Source: Octopus vulgaris (lineage: Eukaryota). From it: a DNA stretch of 64,000 nt. The DNA lies in NCBI GenBank assembly GCA_951406725.2, contig OX597828.1, positions 69,626,001 through 69,690,000 on the forward strand, given 5' to 3'. Made by a program: the position numbers and the translations under genes. Positions 24,628 through 40,934 of this stretch are shown one piece after another. The notes under the pieces were generated by a model. It did no database searches. It had not been told where the DNA came from and was given only the letters and a program-made list of their open reading frames with translations. How positions within the stretch are numbered: position 1 is the stretch's first letter; each line of letters starts with the position of its first letter.

Positions 24628-24955
24628 CAGTACTCAACCAGGGTCCATATAAGATTTTTCAGGGTCCATGCAACAAAATAGTAAATTAAGGGATCCACAA
24701 AAGTATTTTTTAAGGGCTCCTATATATATTTTGTTTTAGATGTGTGTATTGCAAGAAACAGCTGGGTTTCTTTCCCTAACATTTTAAATAATTCAAACTA
24801 CAAGTTTAAGTTTGAATAAACAAATTAGGCATTTTGAAAGAAGTTTCTATAAGACTAGATTTTAAGTATTGAATGGCTATGGGGGCCCACAAGAATAAAA
24901 TAGAAATCAAAGGGGTCCATAGGTAAAAAAAAAAACAAATGGTTAGGAACCGCTG
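24628..24955. mobile_element. Possible hAT-like MITE
   Basis: Right end GGTTAGGAACCGCTG, degenerate left end CAGTACTCAACC, repeated GGGTCCA subterminal motifs. Confidence 0.4.
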
Positions 24956-25093
24956 CTATACACCCTGCCAACAGTTGTAATTATGTCCATCTTCCTTTCT
25001 TTAACAGAATGTTAATTTTAGCGAAGTTCTAGCCCTGAACTAAGGGCAGACAACTCCCAGTGCACTGATTGTTTCTTTCTGATTGTTAAACAG

Positions 25094-25191
25094 ATCCCAC
25101 CAAATATTTATGATGAAGTCCTGCGTTACATCATGGAAGATAATCCAGAAGTGTGTGATAAGTTACTGAAACATATTGCCAGTGATAGTGG
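25094..25191 (+). CDS. ARHGAP6: ARHGAP6-like exon
   Basis: aaacag| and |gtaagt. IPPNIYDEVLRYIMEDNPEVCDKLLKHIASDS(G), resembling [25 protein letters not shown] (recalled). Phase 0 to 2. Confidence 0.9.
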
Positions 25192-26049
25192 GTAAGTTGT
25201 TCTGATTGCACCATTGTGGTTTTGGGGTTGGCGACTGACAGTAATGGGCTTGAGACCGGTTGGAAGACCGAGCTGGCAGAAACGTTAGCGCGCCGGGCGA
25301 AATGCGCAGCCGTATTTCGTCTGCCGTTAAGTTCTGAGTTCAAATTCCGCCGAGGTCGAGTTTGCCTTTCATCCTTTCGGGGTCGATAAATTAAGTACCA
25401 GTTACACACTGGGGTCGATGTAATCGACTTAATCCCTTTGTCTGTCCTTGTTTGTCCCCTCTGTGATTAGCCCCTTGTGGGCAATAAAGAAATAAAAAAT
25501 ATATATATTTCGAGAGCGAAATTGAAATCATATGACAAAAGTGGTACAGCCGTGTAATGTGTGTGTGTGGATATATTTAGAAAGTTCCCTTCATCACCAT
25601 GAAGTTTCGGGTTTGGTCCCACTCTCTGCATGGTACAAGTGGGGAGTGTCTGTAATGGCTCTGGGCCAACTAATGCTTTGTGAGTGAATTTGGTCGATAG
25701 AAGCTACAGGAGGCTCACAGTGCATCTATACAAACGAACGCGTGTATGTGTGTGATCCTCATCAGCTTTACGTCCATATATCAGTGAGACAAAATTTATT
25801 GATTCGCTCTGTTGTTACTCAGACACCACCACCCGTCTTCTTTCCAGCAACGAAAACAGGAATGGAAGAACTTGTGTTAAGTTACTGAAAATAACGGCGT
25901 GTTTCGCATCGAATCTCACTTTATATTCGTCAGCTTTGCTTTTGTGGTAAATCATAAGTTATTGGGAGTTACTTCCCTTTATGAGCGGAATTTCAGCTTC
26001 TCTGGACAAACCAACGAAGACACAAACCCGATTGAGGGAATAGTAATGC

Positions 26050-26419
26050 TTTCTCTTTTACTTGTTTCAGTCATTTGATTGCGGCCATGCTGGAGCACCG
26101 CCTTTAGTCGAGCAAATCGACCCCAGGACTTATTCTTTAGAAGCCTAGTACTTAATCTATCAGTGTTTTTTTGCCGAACCGCTAAGTTACAGGGACGTAA
26201 ACACATCAGCATCGGTTGTCAAGCGATGTTGGGGGGACAACCACAAACATATATATACGACGGGCTTCTTTCAGTTTCCGTCTACCAGATCCACTCACAA
26301 GGCTTTGGTCGACCCAAGGCTATAGTAGAAGACACTTGCCTTAGGTGCCACGCAGTGGGACTGATCCTGGAACCATGTGGTTGGTAAGCAAGCAACTTAC
26401 CACACAGCCACTCCTACGC
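26050..26419 (-). mobile_element. SINE family B copy
   Basis: Reverse complement of 4150-4530. Confidence 0.85.
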
Positions 26420-26596
26420 TTTGTTAATGAACCTCGTTAATGTTGCGAGGATTCTGTTAATGAGATTAATTACAAGTCACAATCTTAAGAGAAACTTTGT
26501 TTTGAAAAATTCGTCAGAGAATTACTTTTAATTGGAAAGTAATTGACTCAAAAAAGAAGAGAACTCACTGACAAAATATAAAAACATGTCTTCAGC

Positions 26597-26631
<35 letters not shown>

Positions 26632-27301
26632 CTCTTGCTTGGAAGCAGGTGAGGGCTGGTGTGATAGACAGAGTACCTGGCTCGAGAACATCCACCTCAA
26701 AAGACAGAGAAGACATGATATGCGGTGGTGTAGTAGTAGTGTGTGGTAGTGAGGACATAGTGTGTTGGTTGTGGTTGTGTTAATGTAGACAAGATGTTTG
26801 CTAATCGGTGAATAGTGTCTCTCCTTTTCCCCTTCTCTGAGTAATTTATGAAACCTAATTTAACATTTCACATCTATACTTTCTGCTTATACACTTGTGA
26901 CAGTATTCACCAGGGTTGGGTTGAGCTGGTCTGAGCGACGAGTTCACCATGGGGCCCTTACAAATACTGACTACATTCAAAAGTTGGTCCTAACATTCCA
27001 ACTCGCAAAGTAATGCTTCTGGCTGCAACTCAAAAATGCAGCAGATTTTTACGAATGCTCCACTGGGAAAGAAATGCATCAGACAGCCTGGACGCCATAA
27101 CTATAGTTGTCATTCATTGTTGAGGTGTAGGGTTTATGTTTGGAGTTTCAGCTGGGATACATGTTTACATGTGGTTTCCAGTCACATGTAACATTTTATA
27201 CATGTCTAGTAAATTACTTGACAACTAAATTTATATTTTTGTTATCTTTTCTTGAATAGTTGTATTCCTCATTGAAATTTCGTTCTTTTTAATTTCTACA
27301 G

Positions 27302-28136
27302 AGTTGATGTTGGTTTGGAAACTAGTTATGGGAGTGTGTTTAGTGAGGGTGAAAGCCAACAGAATCTCCACCCTCGCCAGACACATCGATTATGTTCTTC
27401 AGTTTCTGACGCTGGAGACAGCAGAGGTGCGAACCTCCACCGACAACTCAGTTCCCAGTCTTCGTACACATCCTGCCCATCGGATTCTGAACGTGATGAT
27501 ACCGACCCACGTCAAGCCGGACCCGATTACCACCGACGCCAAGCAAGAATGATTCTTCGTCAACGCTGTAAGACATCAACTGACCTCCAACTCTCTCCAA
27601 CCGGCCTTAATGTTTCGGTTCCTGTCAGAAACACACAGCAATTGCAGGCATCAGGCAGCCAAACATCAAATACCACATTGACAGTTCCACAGCAATCACA
27701 GTATATTAGGCAGAACAGCTGTCCAGGGTTGTGTTCTTCTTCTATATCACCACCATCATCATCATCATCGTCGTCATACTTCACTCCATCTACATCGGTC
27801 CACCTCGTAGATCAGCGCTCTCCAAAACTGGGGCTTTCCAAATCTGAACGAGAACTCTCTCAGACAGGTTACTCAAGACTGTTAGCTCACTCAAGAGAAA
27901 GCTCTCCTGCATCCACTCCTCCCAGAATCACCACCACATCATCATCATTGTCATCACCATCATCATCATCAACACCTCCGACATCATACACCTCTTTGCA
28001 ACAAGGACCGCCTCTCAAAGCACCAAACTCTCAGTTGCAGAGAATTGCAGAATGGCAAAGAGAAAGATGGCGCCAATGGGGTCATTTAACTTCAGACAAA
28101 TCTGAAGAAAAAAAGGAGCATGAGACTTTGGTATAA
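27302..28136 (+). CDS. ARHGAP6: ARHGAP6-like terminal coding exon (Ser/Thr-rich tail, C-terminal ETLV)
   Basis: ctacag| acceptor in phase 2 joins the frame of ORF 27315-28136. Ends AEWQRERWRQWGHLTSDKSEEKKEHETLV-TAA. Confidence 0.9.
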
Positions 28137-28159
28137 TGGATTCCTGGAAAATGTGACGC

Positions 28160-30930
<2,771 letters not shown>

Positions 30931-31194
30931 AGATGTATTCACATGTATATATATTTTATATAAACATGATATAAAATTATATACATACGTAAATGCATGT
31001 ACATGCATACACACATCCATGCATACCTGTATTCATACGTATCCACCTGGTGTGATTATGAGGGCAGGGAAGGTGTTTGGGCTGTGACCCATTCTTCGTA
31101 TGATGTTGTGTGTATATAAAAACATATCTATATATATGTATGTGTATATCAACACACACACACATGCGCGCACACACACACACACACACACAAA

Positions 31195-32439
31195 CAGAGT
31201 GGGGTTAGGCTAAATTGGACAGTTTACATAAAAGAATTAGAAAACACAATATCCCATCTAAAAAAAAAAATATTTTTAAAAAATCCCAAAATATCAAAAC
31301 CAGATTATGGCTGGGAGATAAAATTTGTTGTCCTCCGGTTCCACCACAGCCTCAGGAAGGTTCTGGAACCCAGCAAATTGAATTCCTCATTGTGTCCTTG
31401 ACCCTGTCTACCAGCTTGGCCTTGGTGTTGCAAGCAGAGCAGTTGGCGTCTTTCTCAACCACGTCCTACACAAAATAATCCATGGGAATACAACCAGGGG
31501 AATCAGAAAGCCAGGAATTGGGGTTGGTTAACTCAGAACATCTCTCCAACAACCTCTACTAATTCTTTCTAGAGGTGTGGCAAGGAGCCAAATCCTGCAC
31601 CCACACATATGGCTTTTCAAGCAGCCAGCCCTCTGCAGCCTCATAACCATCTGAATTGAATCTAAAGCCCTGTTCAAAGATGTGGGATGACATGACATCA
31701 CCTTCACTGCAGACACACCCAAAGACCATCACAGTTTGTGGGACCTTGGTTTTCATGACATAAGGCATCGCATGGAGTATAGGCATGTCATCTGTTATTG
31801 TGGATGTTACACAACTGGTCCTGGCAGAGGTTCTTTTCATCTGAGAAGGACCAGATCATCCCCTGCTCACAGGATGCCTCAGTTTGTTCATGAGATTCTT
31901 TTCCTTTGCCAAGTGGTTCTTCTTGGTCTTGGTCATAAGAATTTGTCCCTTACACCTTTTGTATGATTGGTAGCAGAGGTCCTCATTCAGGGCCAGCTTC
32001 ATTGTGACAACTCAAAAGCCCATCTCTCTCACAGAAGCCTAGATTTCCTTGCTTGGATCTTCCATCACCTTGTTCTTCAGTTGTTGGATAAATTCCTGTG
32101 AGCAGACACAATCAGAACGCCTGTTGTGTCCGTTCCTGCTGACCATGGCTTCGTAGTCTCCATTGCAGCTGTCCATGTCACATCTTAAAGCCTTTCCAGT
32201 GTTCTCAAAGCATTGAGTAGCAATCATGCCATTGACATTTTGATACCTGGCACAGAGCATCCTGATACAAGTAAATCTTTTTTCCAATATTCAGATGGCT
32301 TCCAATCCTCCATGTCAGATAATTTTTGCTCATCTACAACTTCATCCTTTATGCTTTCCAATGCCATAGACTATTCATCAATACACCAAGCTGATCCTGA
32401 GACATAAAAAAGCGTCTAATTTAACCCAAACACCTTCTG
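31195..32439 (-). mobile_element. Near full-length, decayed Tc1/mariner-superfamily transposon (maT/DD37D-like)
   Basis: Imperfect ~30 bp TIRs: CAGAGTGGGGTTAGGCTAAATTGGAC versus reverse complement CAGAAGGTGTTTGGGTTAAATTAGAC. Minus-strand fragments KTKVPQTVMVFGCVCSEG, YVWVQDLAPCHTS and SPGCIPMDYFV, with many frameshifts. Confidence 0.8.
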
Positions 32440-32462
32440 TGCATGTATGTTTCTATGTATGT

Positions 32463-32507
<45 letters not shown>

Positions 32508-32934
32508 TTCTTATTTCCCCCTCTCATCAGGTATTTGGTGACATTATTAGCAATGGAATGAATATGATGTAGAACTATCTTGAACAATGAAGAAAAAGGA
32601 AGAAATGAACATATTGATGGAATGTAATGTGGAGGTGGTGGGGGTGGCTTGTTTTATGACACACCTGTTTAGAATACTGCTCACCTGTATGCGTGATGAT
32701 GGACTATATGAGTCAGCAAGCAACCTACATGATGTTGCTTGGCTTGTTAGAAATAGCAGCAGGGCCTTCCTCATAACACACCCTGCTCTCATAAAAAGGA
32801 GCAATACATTAGATTGTGTAGCTTTAGATACTCTTAAAGAGGTGAGTTGGTCATCTCTAGAATGTCATTTATCAGATGCCTACTCAACCAGGATTGACAT
32901 GGAGATTAGGCAACAACAGTAATTATATTTAATT

Positions 32935-33180
32935 TTGTAGAATTCTGCCAAAGTTGGATGGAACTTTTGGGGCAACAAACGAGGTCCCTTGTAGTATTTA
33001 ATCCCTTCCCTTTATGTTCTGAGTTTGATATTACTCTAGGTTTCACTTTACATTCCACCCTTCTGGGGTCAATAAAATATGTACCAGTGAAGTACTGGGG
33101 TCGAACAGATTGACTAAATTACTTTTAAAATTACTGCCCTTGCCTCAAAATTCGAAACTCTTCTTTTTCTTCTTCTTCTT

Positions 33181-33236
<56 letters not shown>

Positions 33237-33912
33237 CATTATTATTATTATATAAGGCGGTGAGCTGGCAGAGTTGTTATCATGCTAGATGAAATGCTTA
33301 GCGGTATTTTGTCTACCATTACATTCTGAGTTCAAATTCCGCTGAGGTCGACTTTGCCCTTCATCCTTTCAGGGTTCATGAAATAAGCACTAACCGCTTT
33401 CCCATCAAAATTGTCGAGGCTTTCTGCCTTGAGTAGAAATAATAATGATAATTATTATTATTATTATAAAAGGTGGTGAGCTGGTAGATTTGTTAGCTTG
33501 CTGGACGGAATAGTTAGTGATATTTTTCCCATCGCTACATTCTGAGTTCAAACTCCACCAAGGTTGACTTTACCTTTCATCCTTTTGGGGTTGATAAATT
33601 AAGTACCAGTAAAACACTGGGGTTGATGTAATCGACTAATACCCTCCCCTCAAATTTGAGGCCTTGTGCCTCCAATAGAAAGGCTTATTATTATCATTAT
33701 TATTGCTAAGGCAGTGAGATGGCAGAATTTTTACCATGCTGGGCAAAATTCTTAGCAACATTTCATCTTTATGTTCTGAGTTCAAACTCCATGAAGGTCA
33801 ACTTTGACTTTCATCTCTTTCAGGGTTGGTGAAATAAGTACCAGTTATGCACTGGGGTTAATATAATCAATTTGTCCCCACCACCATTTTAGGCTTTGAG
33901 TCAATAATGGAA
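32935..33912 (+). mobile_element. Head-to-tail cluster of four family-C SINEs separated by (TTA)n
   Basis: Heads at about 33254, 33470 and 33708, plus a degenerate copy at about 32935-33155. Confidence 0.8.
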
Positions 33913-36224
33913 ACGATCATTATTTTTATTGATACAATTATCAGATTTTAAATTATTTTTCAAAAAGATGAACAAGTAGCAGTATCGAGTTTTATTACCA
34001 ATTTAAACATCAGCAAATTTTTAAAACCAGTTTATTTTGTTTTCAGATATATATATATATATATACAAGTGAGGTTGTCAATAAGGTCACATTTTAAATT
34101 CGTCAAAGAAAAAAATAAAAACTGCTATTGGTCATTAATCATCGCCAAGGCTTTTATTAAACGATAAATTATAATAAACATACATAAAACAGCATTTTTG
34201 ATGACCGAGAAATACGATATTTGGAAATTAATAATGCCTATTACCCATAGAACACAATATGTTTGACCTGTTACATATTGGTTGTGTGAAAGCTGATTTA
34301 TTCAAGTTTTAGATAAAGTTTTAAGAATGATTCAACATCATAGATGAATACTAGTTGTATAAAAATGTTTCTTTTTGCTGTAGTAAATATATTTCTCTGT
34401 ATATCCAGACATATCACTCGTGTCGGGTGACTATATTTTCAAGAGGAAATAACTAAAATGGCGAGTGCTCTCAGTAAAGGTAGAGAATACGGTCTGCAGA
34501 GTTACCTACCTTGTCTCAAAGTCCTTTTAGCAGTAACATTGAAAATTATAAGATTTATGGACAATCGCCGTTCTGAAGTGGAATCGGTATGTGTCGGTCT
34601 ATTGTCAGCCGGGTAAACTGGGTTAAGGAAAGAGTTCTCTGATTGCTCCAGGAACTCTCAACTATGTCTACCACACCGTTTGATCCCATTGCCTTGCACC
34701 ATAGCTAAACAGCTTTTGTTCCATACCTTTCAGCTATTGGAGTTTCAGGAATCGGGGATCAGGGGGTAAGATAATTGTAAGGGTGTATGTGGCAGGAAGA
34801 GAGAGAACGTGTGTTCAATCCCTACAAATACCTGTCCTTTTTATTTTATTCTTTTATTTTATTTTCCATCTTGTTTTTGTCTTTACAAATTTTCATTTCA
34901 AATATTTTCGTCTTCACTGTCATCATCAGCATTATCATTTTAACAGGATTACTTAAAATTTAACACACACACACGCACACACACAGAAAAATAGATGAGA
35001 TCTCAGGATGTTACATGTTACAGAGGAAACGATGCCTGATTGCTCCAGCTGGAGATTTTTCATACAGTGTCCACTTCCAGTCAATAGAAGTTTGGGAAAA
35101 TAGGTATTAAAATGTTGAAAGTTATGGTAAAGATGAAGACGATTGTGATATGCATATACTACTACATAATATATATATATATGCATATATACTATATATA
35201 TATATATATATATACATACACACACACAAACACACACATATATATAAATATGTATGTATCTGTATATCCACTAGTACCATCTCCACCACCAATACCCTCA
35301 TATTAATTCCATCTGTATGAATTCATTCATAAAATCACAACTAAGAAACAATTGCTCCCCCCACCTCTTAAAAACAAAAAATTTACTAAAGACATACATA
35401 CATAAAAATAAAATTTTAAAACTATATAATTTATGATTAAAAAAAAAATACAACTAAGTCTTCTCACTAAAAATTGATTAAAAAAAACTGCTTTATTTTG
35501 TATTGTTTTTCACCAAAGCTCAAAGCAAATGTTTATAAAAATCTGGTATCTACCCCAGCCCTGTGTGTAGAAACAGGTTTGGGACAAAGTTGATGGTTTT
35601 CTTTGTCTCTGTTATGTTTTGCTCACCTTAAAAAAAAAAACAAAATAAAAACTACAGAGGTGAAGTGGGGGAGAACAACCTCACCCTCTCCACCTAAAAA
35701 AATACAACAAAACTGTTATATTTTGTGAATCAAGTGAATAATAATAATGTTCATTCTTTACCGTGTTCTTTGGAAATAATTTTCAGAGAGAAATAAATGA
35801 TAGATTTATTGGAGAATTCCTTGTTTTTTGTTGTTTCCATTTTGGTATGTGTTGTGTTCTTGGCATTTTGTTATTTTGGTATTTCCTTGGTTATACATTT
35901 CATGAATGTATCTGCCCTACCTTAGAATATAGAGTGCCCCTATCACTGACTCTACTCCTGTCACATATCTCCCTTGTTGTCTATCTCTATTGTGAAGGCC
36001 CATGGCTTAGTTGTTTGGATATCCAGTGTAAAGGCATAAGACTGTGAGATTGATATCTGGTGGCACTTTGAGTCCTTCAACAAGGCACTTCGTTTCACAT
36101 CGGTCCAGTCCACTCAGCTGGCAAAAAATGAGTTGTACCTGTAATTCAAACGGGGCCAGCCTTGTCATACTCTGGGTCTCACTGAGAAGTACATTAAGGG
36201 TACGCATGCTGAGAACTACGTTAA

Positions 36225-36458
36225 GGTGGCGAACTGGCAGAAACGTTAGCACGCCGGGCGAAATGCTTAGCAGTATTTCGTCTGCCGCTACGAGCTGAGT
36301 TCAAATTCCACCAAGGTCGACTTTGCCTTTCATCCTTTCGGGGTCGATTAAATAAGTACCAGTTATGCATTGGGGTCGATATAATCGACTTAATCCGTTT
36401 GTCTGTCCTTGTTTGTCCCCTCTGTGTTTAGCCCCTTGTGGGTAATAAAGAAATAGGT
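36225..36458 (+). mobile_element. tRNA-derived SINE family C (GCCTTTCATCCTTTCGGGGTCGAT...AAGTACC central domain)
   Basis: Head AAGGTGGCGAACTGGCAGAAACGTTAGC...GAGTTCAAATTCC. Copies at about 5162-5392(-), 14450-14580, 15128-15590 and 25268-25495. Central domain resembles Meta/MESC-type SINE domains (recalled). Confidence 0.85.
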
Positions 36459-36875
36459 ACGTATGCTTGAGGAGTCCTTGGCCACTTGTGTGTTAATTTC
36501 ACAAGCAGGCTGTTCTGTTGATCAGACCAACTGGAGCATTCCTTGTTGTTGCAACTGATGCAGTTCCAGTTTATTATTCAGTTCTCTATCTTGCAAATCT
36601 CTGCCACACATGCTGCTCACACTTAAAGAGACTGGGATCTGAGCAAAGATGTAAGGTCATAAGACCCTTTCAGCTTTGTTAAGGACATGGGGACCTCACT
36701 AGTGCTGGTGCCATGAAAAATACACTCACTGCCCTCTATTAACCACCACAAGGTTCAGTCTTTGTTGCAGTGTAGTTGTTTGTGTGTCTCAACGACCTTG
36801 AGACCTCTGCCAGCAGAGTGAAATCTCTTGGTAGGGCTTCACTTGTGCCTAGAAAAAAGCAAGGATACAGAAGTA

Positions 36876-37271
36876 TCTCTTTTACTCTTTTACTTGTTTC
36901 AGTCATTTGACTGCAGCCATGCTGGAGCACCACCTTTTGTTGAGCAAATCGACCCCGGGACTTATTCTTTGTAAGCCCAGTACTTATTCTATTGGTCTCT
37001 TTTGCCGAACCGCTAAGTGATGGGGACGTAAACACACCAGCATCGGTTGTCAAGCAATGCTAGAGGGACAAACACAGACACACACATACATATATATATA
37101 CATATGTATGATAGGCTTCTTTCAGTTTCTGTCTACCAAATCCACTCACAAGGCATTGGTCAGCCCGGGGCTATAGCAGAAGACACTTGCCCAAGATGCC
37201 ACGCAGTGGGACTGAACCCGGAACCATGTGGTTGATTAGCAAGCTACTTACCACACAGCCACTCCTGCGCC
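36876..37271 (-). mobile_element. SINE family B copy
   Basis: Reverse complement of 4150-4530, including the head. Confidence 0.85.
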
Positions 37272-39711
37272 TATCGATGACAATTCAAAACCAAATTGAC
37301 CTCAGAGAAGAAAGCCCTCTCTTAAGACAACATGTGACATCATCATCATCATTTAATGTCCACTCTCTATGCTGGCATGGGTTGGACAGTTTAACTGGAA
37401 CAGGCAAGCCAGAGAGCTGCACCAGGTTCCATTCCGTTTTGGCTTGGCTTCTATGGCTGGATACCCTTCCTAATGCAAACCACTTTACAGATTATGCTGG
37501 ATGCTTTTTATGTGCCACTGGCAGAGGTGCCATTTACGTGACATCAGCGACACCCATGACTTGGCTTAACAGATCTTCTCAGCACAATCCAAAAGGCCAC
37601 ACTTTAAGGAAACCAACACCCTACATTATACATCAGGTCATATCTGGAACCTACAAGTGAGATGGAAGAGAGGACACCCTAAAAAACAGCTGAAGGCAGA
37701 GCTAAAAGCACAGAGAAGTACAATGTAGTTTGAGATAACAGAAATAATGGTTGACATATCCTTTGGTCATAATTCTACTCGTTTATAGATGCCTGGGGTT
37801 TTAAAACACCACCTTTACTAACAACAACAACAACTACTACTACCACTACTACTACTACTACTTTACTGATGCAAGCTACTGAAAGAGCCTTTGCATGGTT
37901 GATCAAACTGCTAGAAATAGCAGTAACATCACTCAGTATGTTCTTGGAAAAGAACATTGGATTATTAAGTTTTGATAGGGTGGTCACTGTTGGAACGCTT
38001 TTGACATAGCTCTGAACAATGGTTTTTTTTACTGATATGCCTTTCAGCATTTCAGTTTGACCAAGGTTGACTTAGCCTATTGTTGCTTCAAGTGTGATAT
38101 GAGATATAAAATAAAACAAAAGATAAAAAGCTGTGGAAGATGTCTTGATAGAAGTGGTGTAAACCAGTTGTTATCTGATGTGAAGAGGCAAAAGATTATT
38201 TGATGGCATTTGATTGGCTGGTTTAGATGACCTGTAAGGTCAGAATGATCTGTGGCTGCTGCTATTGAAATTGAGGTCAACCTCAATTAAGCTGACCCAT
38301 AATCAAAACCATTCCAGCCATTACCATCCTGTCTTTTATTAACATGTTGTGTATCTAGGACAACATTATCTAAATGTCCTGGGTCTGCTGTTTTCAAACC
38401 GATACAGTGTGATTTTGAGGAAGATTTAGCTGCTTTTTCTAGCAGGAGAAGCAGCCATGTAGAAAGTTTATGGGTGGTTCATGATTGCTGTTGTTACATT
38501 GTCAGTAATGGTAATTGCTTGAGAAACACGAAGGATTTCTGTGTGGGAAGATCACAAGAAATATATTGGCACTAGAAAAATGGTTTGTGTGTGTGTGTGT
38601 GAAGAACACAGTGTAATTCTTGAACCCAAAGTACACAGGAAATGTATTATTGGTGCTAAAATAATGGTGTGAGTCAAGAACATGGTCAATATGCTGATAC
38701 CAAATAATGGTATCCATTCATCCATCCATCGATTTTCTCTGTCCATTATTCTTGGGAGGTCATGAGAATAAAGGAATTTCCTGCAACCATCTTCATAGTG
38801 GTACCAAATATTGGCAGGTGTCAAGAACTTGTAAAATACCAAATAGATGTTTATGAGGAGAACGCAAAAGGCATATCAGCACCAGGACATAGGTATAATG
38901 ATTTTTATAGATATTGATACAATATTATCTAAAGACCTACTAATTTCAAGGAAAATAACACAAAGATTACAAGCAAAGGAGCAAAAGGTTACAGAGCATC
39001 AAAGAGAACTTTGGTAGAAAGTTCCATGGAAATAAACTTAACTAATAATAATAACAATGACTTTACTTGAAAACACAACATAAGAATGACTGAGGGAAAT
39101 TTCAAAAGACACAACTACAAATGTTTTTTCATCTTTTTAAACAAAGGAAAGAGGAATGTCACTGCTATTTGAAAGCTATATTTAGAAATTGAAAGACCAG
39201 GGAATTAATATGTTAAATATCTTTTTTTATTTTGGTTGGGGCGCTATACTGACCTAAAACAATATACACCAATGGCATTGAGAAAACTTTTCATTTGATA
39301 TAAACTCAAGACCTCAGATAATTATTTAAACAAATGATCTGAAATGTTCACTAAATGCAGACAGATTCATAAGTCCCTCTTGACTAATTTTTTTCAAGCA
39401 ACAGAACTTGAATAAATTCACAATACTCTGCAGTTGATTTGAATGTATGTGTGCATATGTCTACGTATAAGACTGATAATCAATATCCCCCTCTACAAAT
39501 ATTTTACCACATTCATGTTCAAATAGAAAACGACAACATACTCCAACAAGTACAGAACACTGGGATAATAAGATTCCAATTCATCACAAAAACTGTCAAT
39601 TGAATCGCATCTGACAAATGCTTTATTCAGTGGGATTTTAACTCAGATGTGAAGAGGCAGAAGTGGCACTGAGTATTTTCTCTGTTGCCCTCATGATTTT
39701 GCAAGCTTACC

Positions 39712-39747
<36 letters not shown>

Positions 39748-39749
<2 letters not shown>

Positions 39750-40300
39750 GCCCTGATGCAGTACCAGGCAGTGGCTGTCATGGCTTCTGATCTTAATTGG
39801 TTATCATGTATGTTGTTTTGTCTTGGTATAAAAGATGGGCTACAGCAAATATTCTGCTCAGTACCACGGATTTGCTTGTCAGTTGCTTGACCATAACCAG
39901 TTGAGCATGTCCCTTGGTGGCTGACGATATGTGCATCTCAGATCATGAGCAGAAGTAGTGATGTGCTGAGAGGGATTCTTTGGGGTTTGAATAATTCACC
40001 TCTGGAAACATGGGTGCTTCGTTCAACATCCTTAAGCAACCCTTATTCAGGGACCTTTGGAGAGGGATGGGTTCCTCAACCAGAAGAACATTCTAACTGG
40101 GCCCCACCTGCAAGGTCATGTGCTGTTTATCTTGATATGAGATCACCATGTCGCACACATATGGTTGTGATGCATGTGTCTGGTGTACCCTTATCAGACG
40201 AGTAGTCATGATGGGTATACTGGGCTTTGTATATTTGTACCCCAGTGTCACTTTGATGGCATGCACTACTCTCTCACTCAATAATAATAATAATAATAAT
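39748..40300 (+). mobile_element. Discrete ~530 bp insertion within (AAT)n, possibly a LINE 3' UTR
   Basis: Complex sequence flanked on both sides by (aat)n with no coding signal. The family assignment is inference. Confidence 0.45.
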
Positions 40301-40934
40301 AGACAAGATGAAGAGTGTATTGTGATTGCAATTGATATTTTATTGGTTGAACGATATTTCAACAGTCAGTGTGTATTTTACTGGTTCAAAAAAAACAAAT
40401 TGAAATTAAATTGAAAGATAGGAAACACTAAAACATTCAATATTAAATCAGAATAACTGCGTTTCTTTCTAAGTAAAATGATATCATCAGTGAAAGACCA
40501 AAGACTGCCATGGGTTGAATGGTTTGACTGGGGACTGGCAAGCCAGGAGGCCTCACCAGGCTCCAGTCTGATCTGGCAAGGTTTCTACAGCTGGATGCCT
40601 TTCCTACCACCAACCACTCTGAGAGTGTAGTGGTTGCTTTTTATGTGCCACCGGCATGAAAGCCATTCAGGTGGCACTGGCATTGGCCACAACTACCATT
40701 TCCATTTTTGATTGTGATTTGATTTTTGATTTTGATTTTGATTTTACTTGACTCAATAGGTCTCCTCAAGCACGCCATATCACCTGACAGTTCAAAGGTA
40801 CTTCTTAACTGCTCTGGCTACAGCTGTGATCTCAGTTTACTCATTGGGTCTTCTCAGTCACAGCATATCTCCAGAGGTCTCGGTCTTTTGTCATTGCCTT
40901 TGTGAGGCCCAACGAATTTATATATATTCTCTTA

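Noticed and set aside
32547-32922. 111-aa ORF of mixed composition
   Set aside because: Overlaps a reversed copy of a dispersed repeat, with no recognisable domain or splice context.
38502-38842. 96-aa hydrophobic minus-strand ORF
   Set aside because: Non-ATG start, runs through (CA)n, no recognisable homology.
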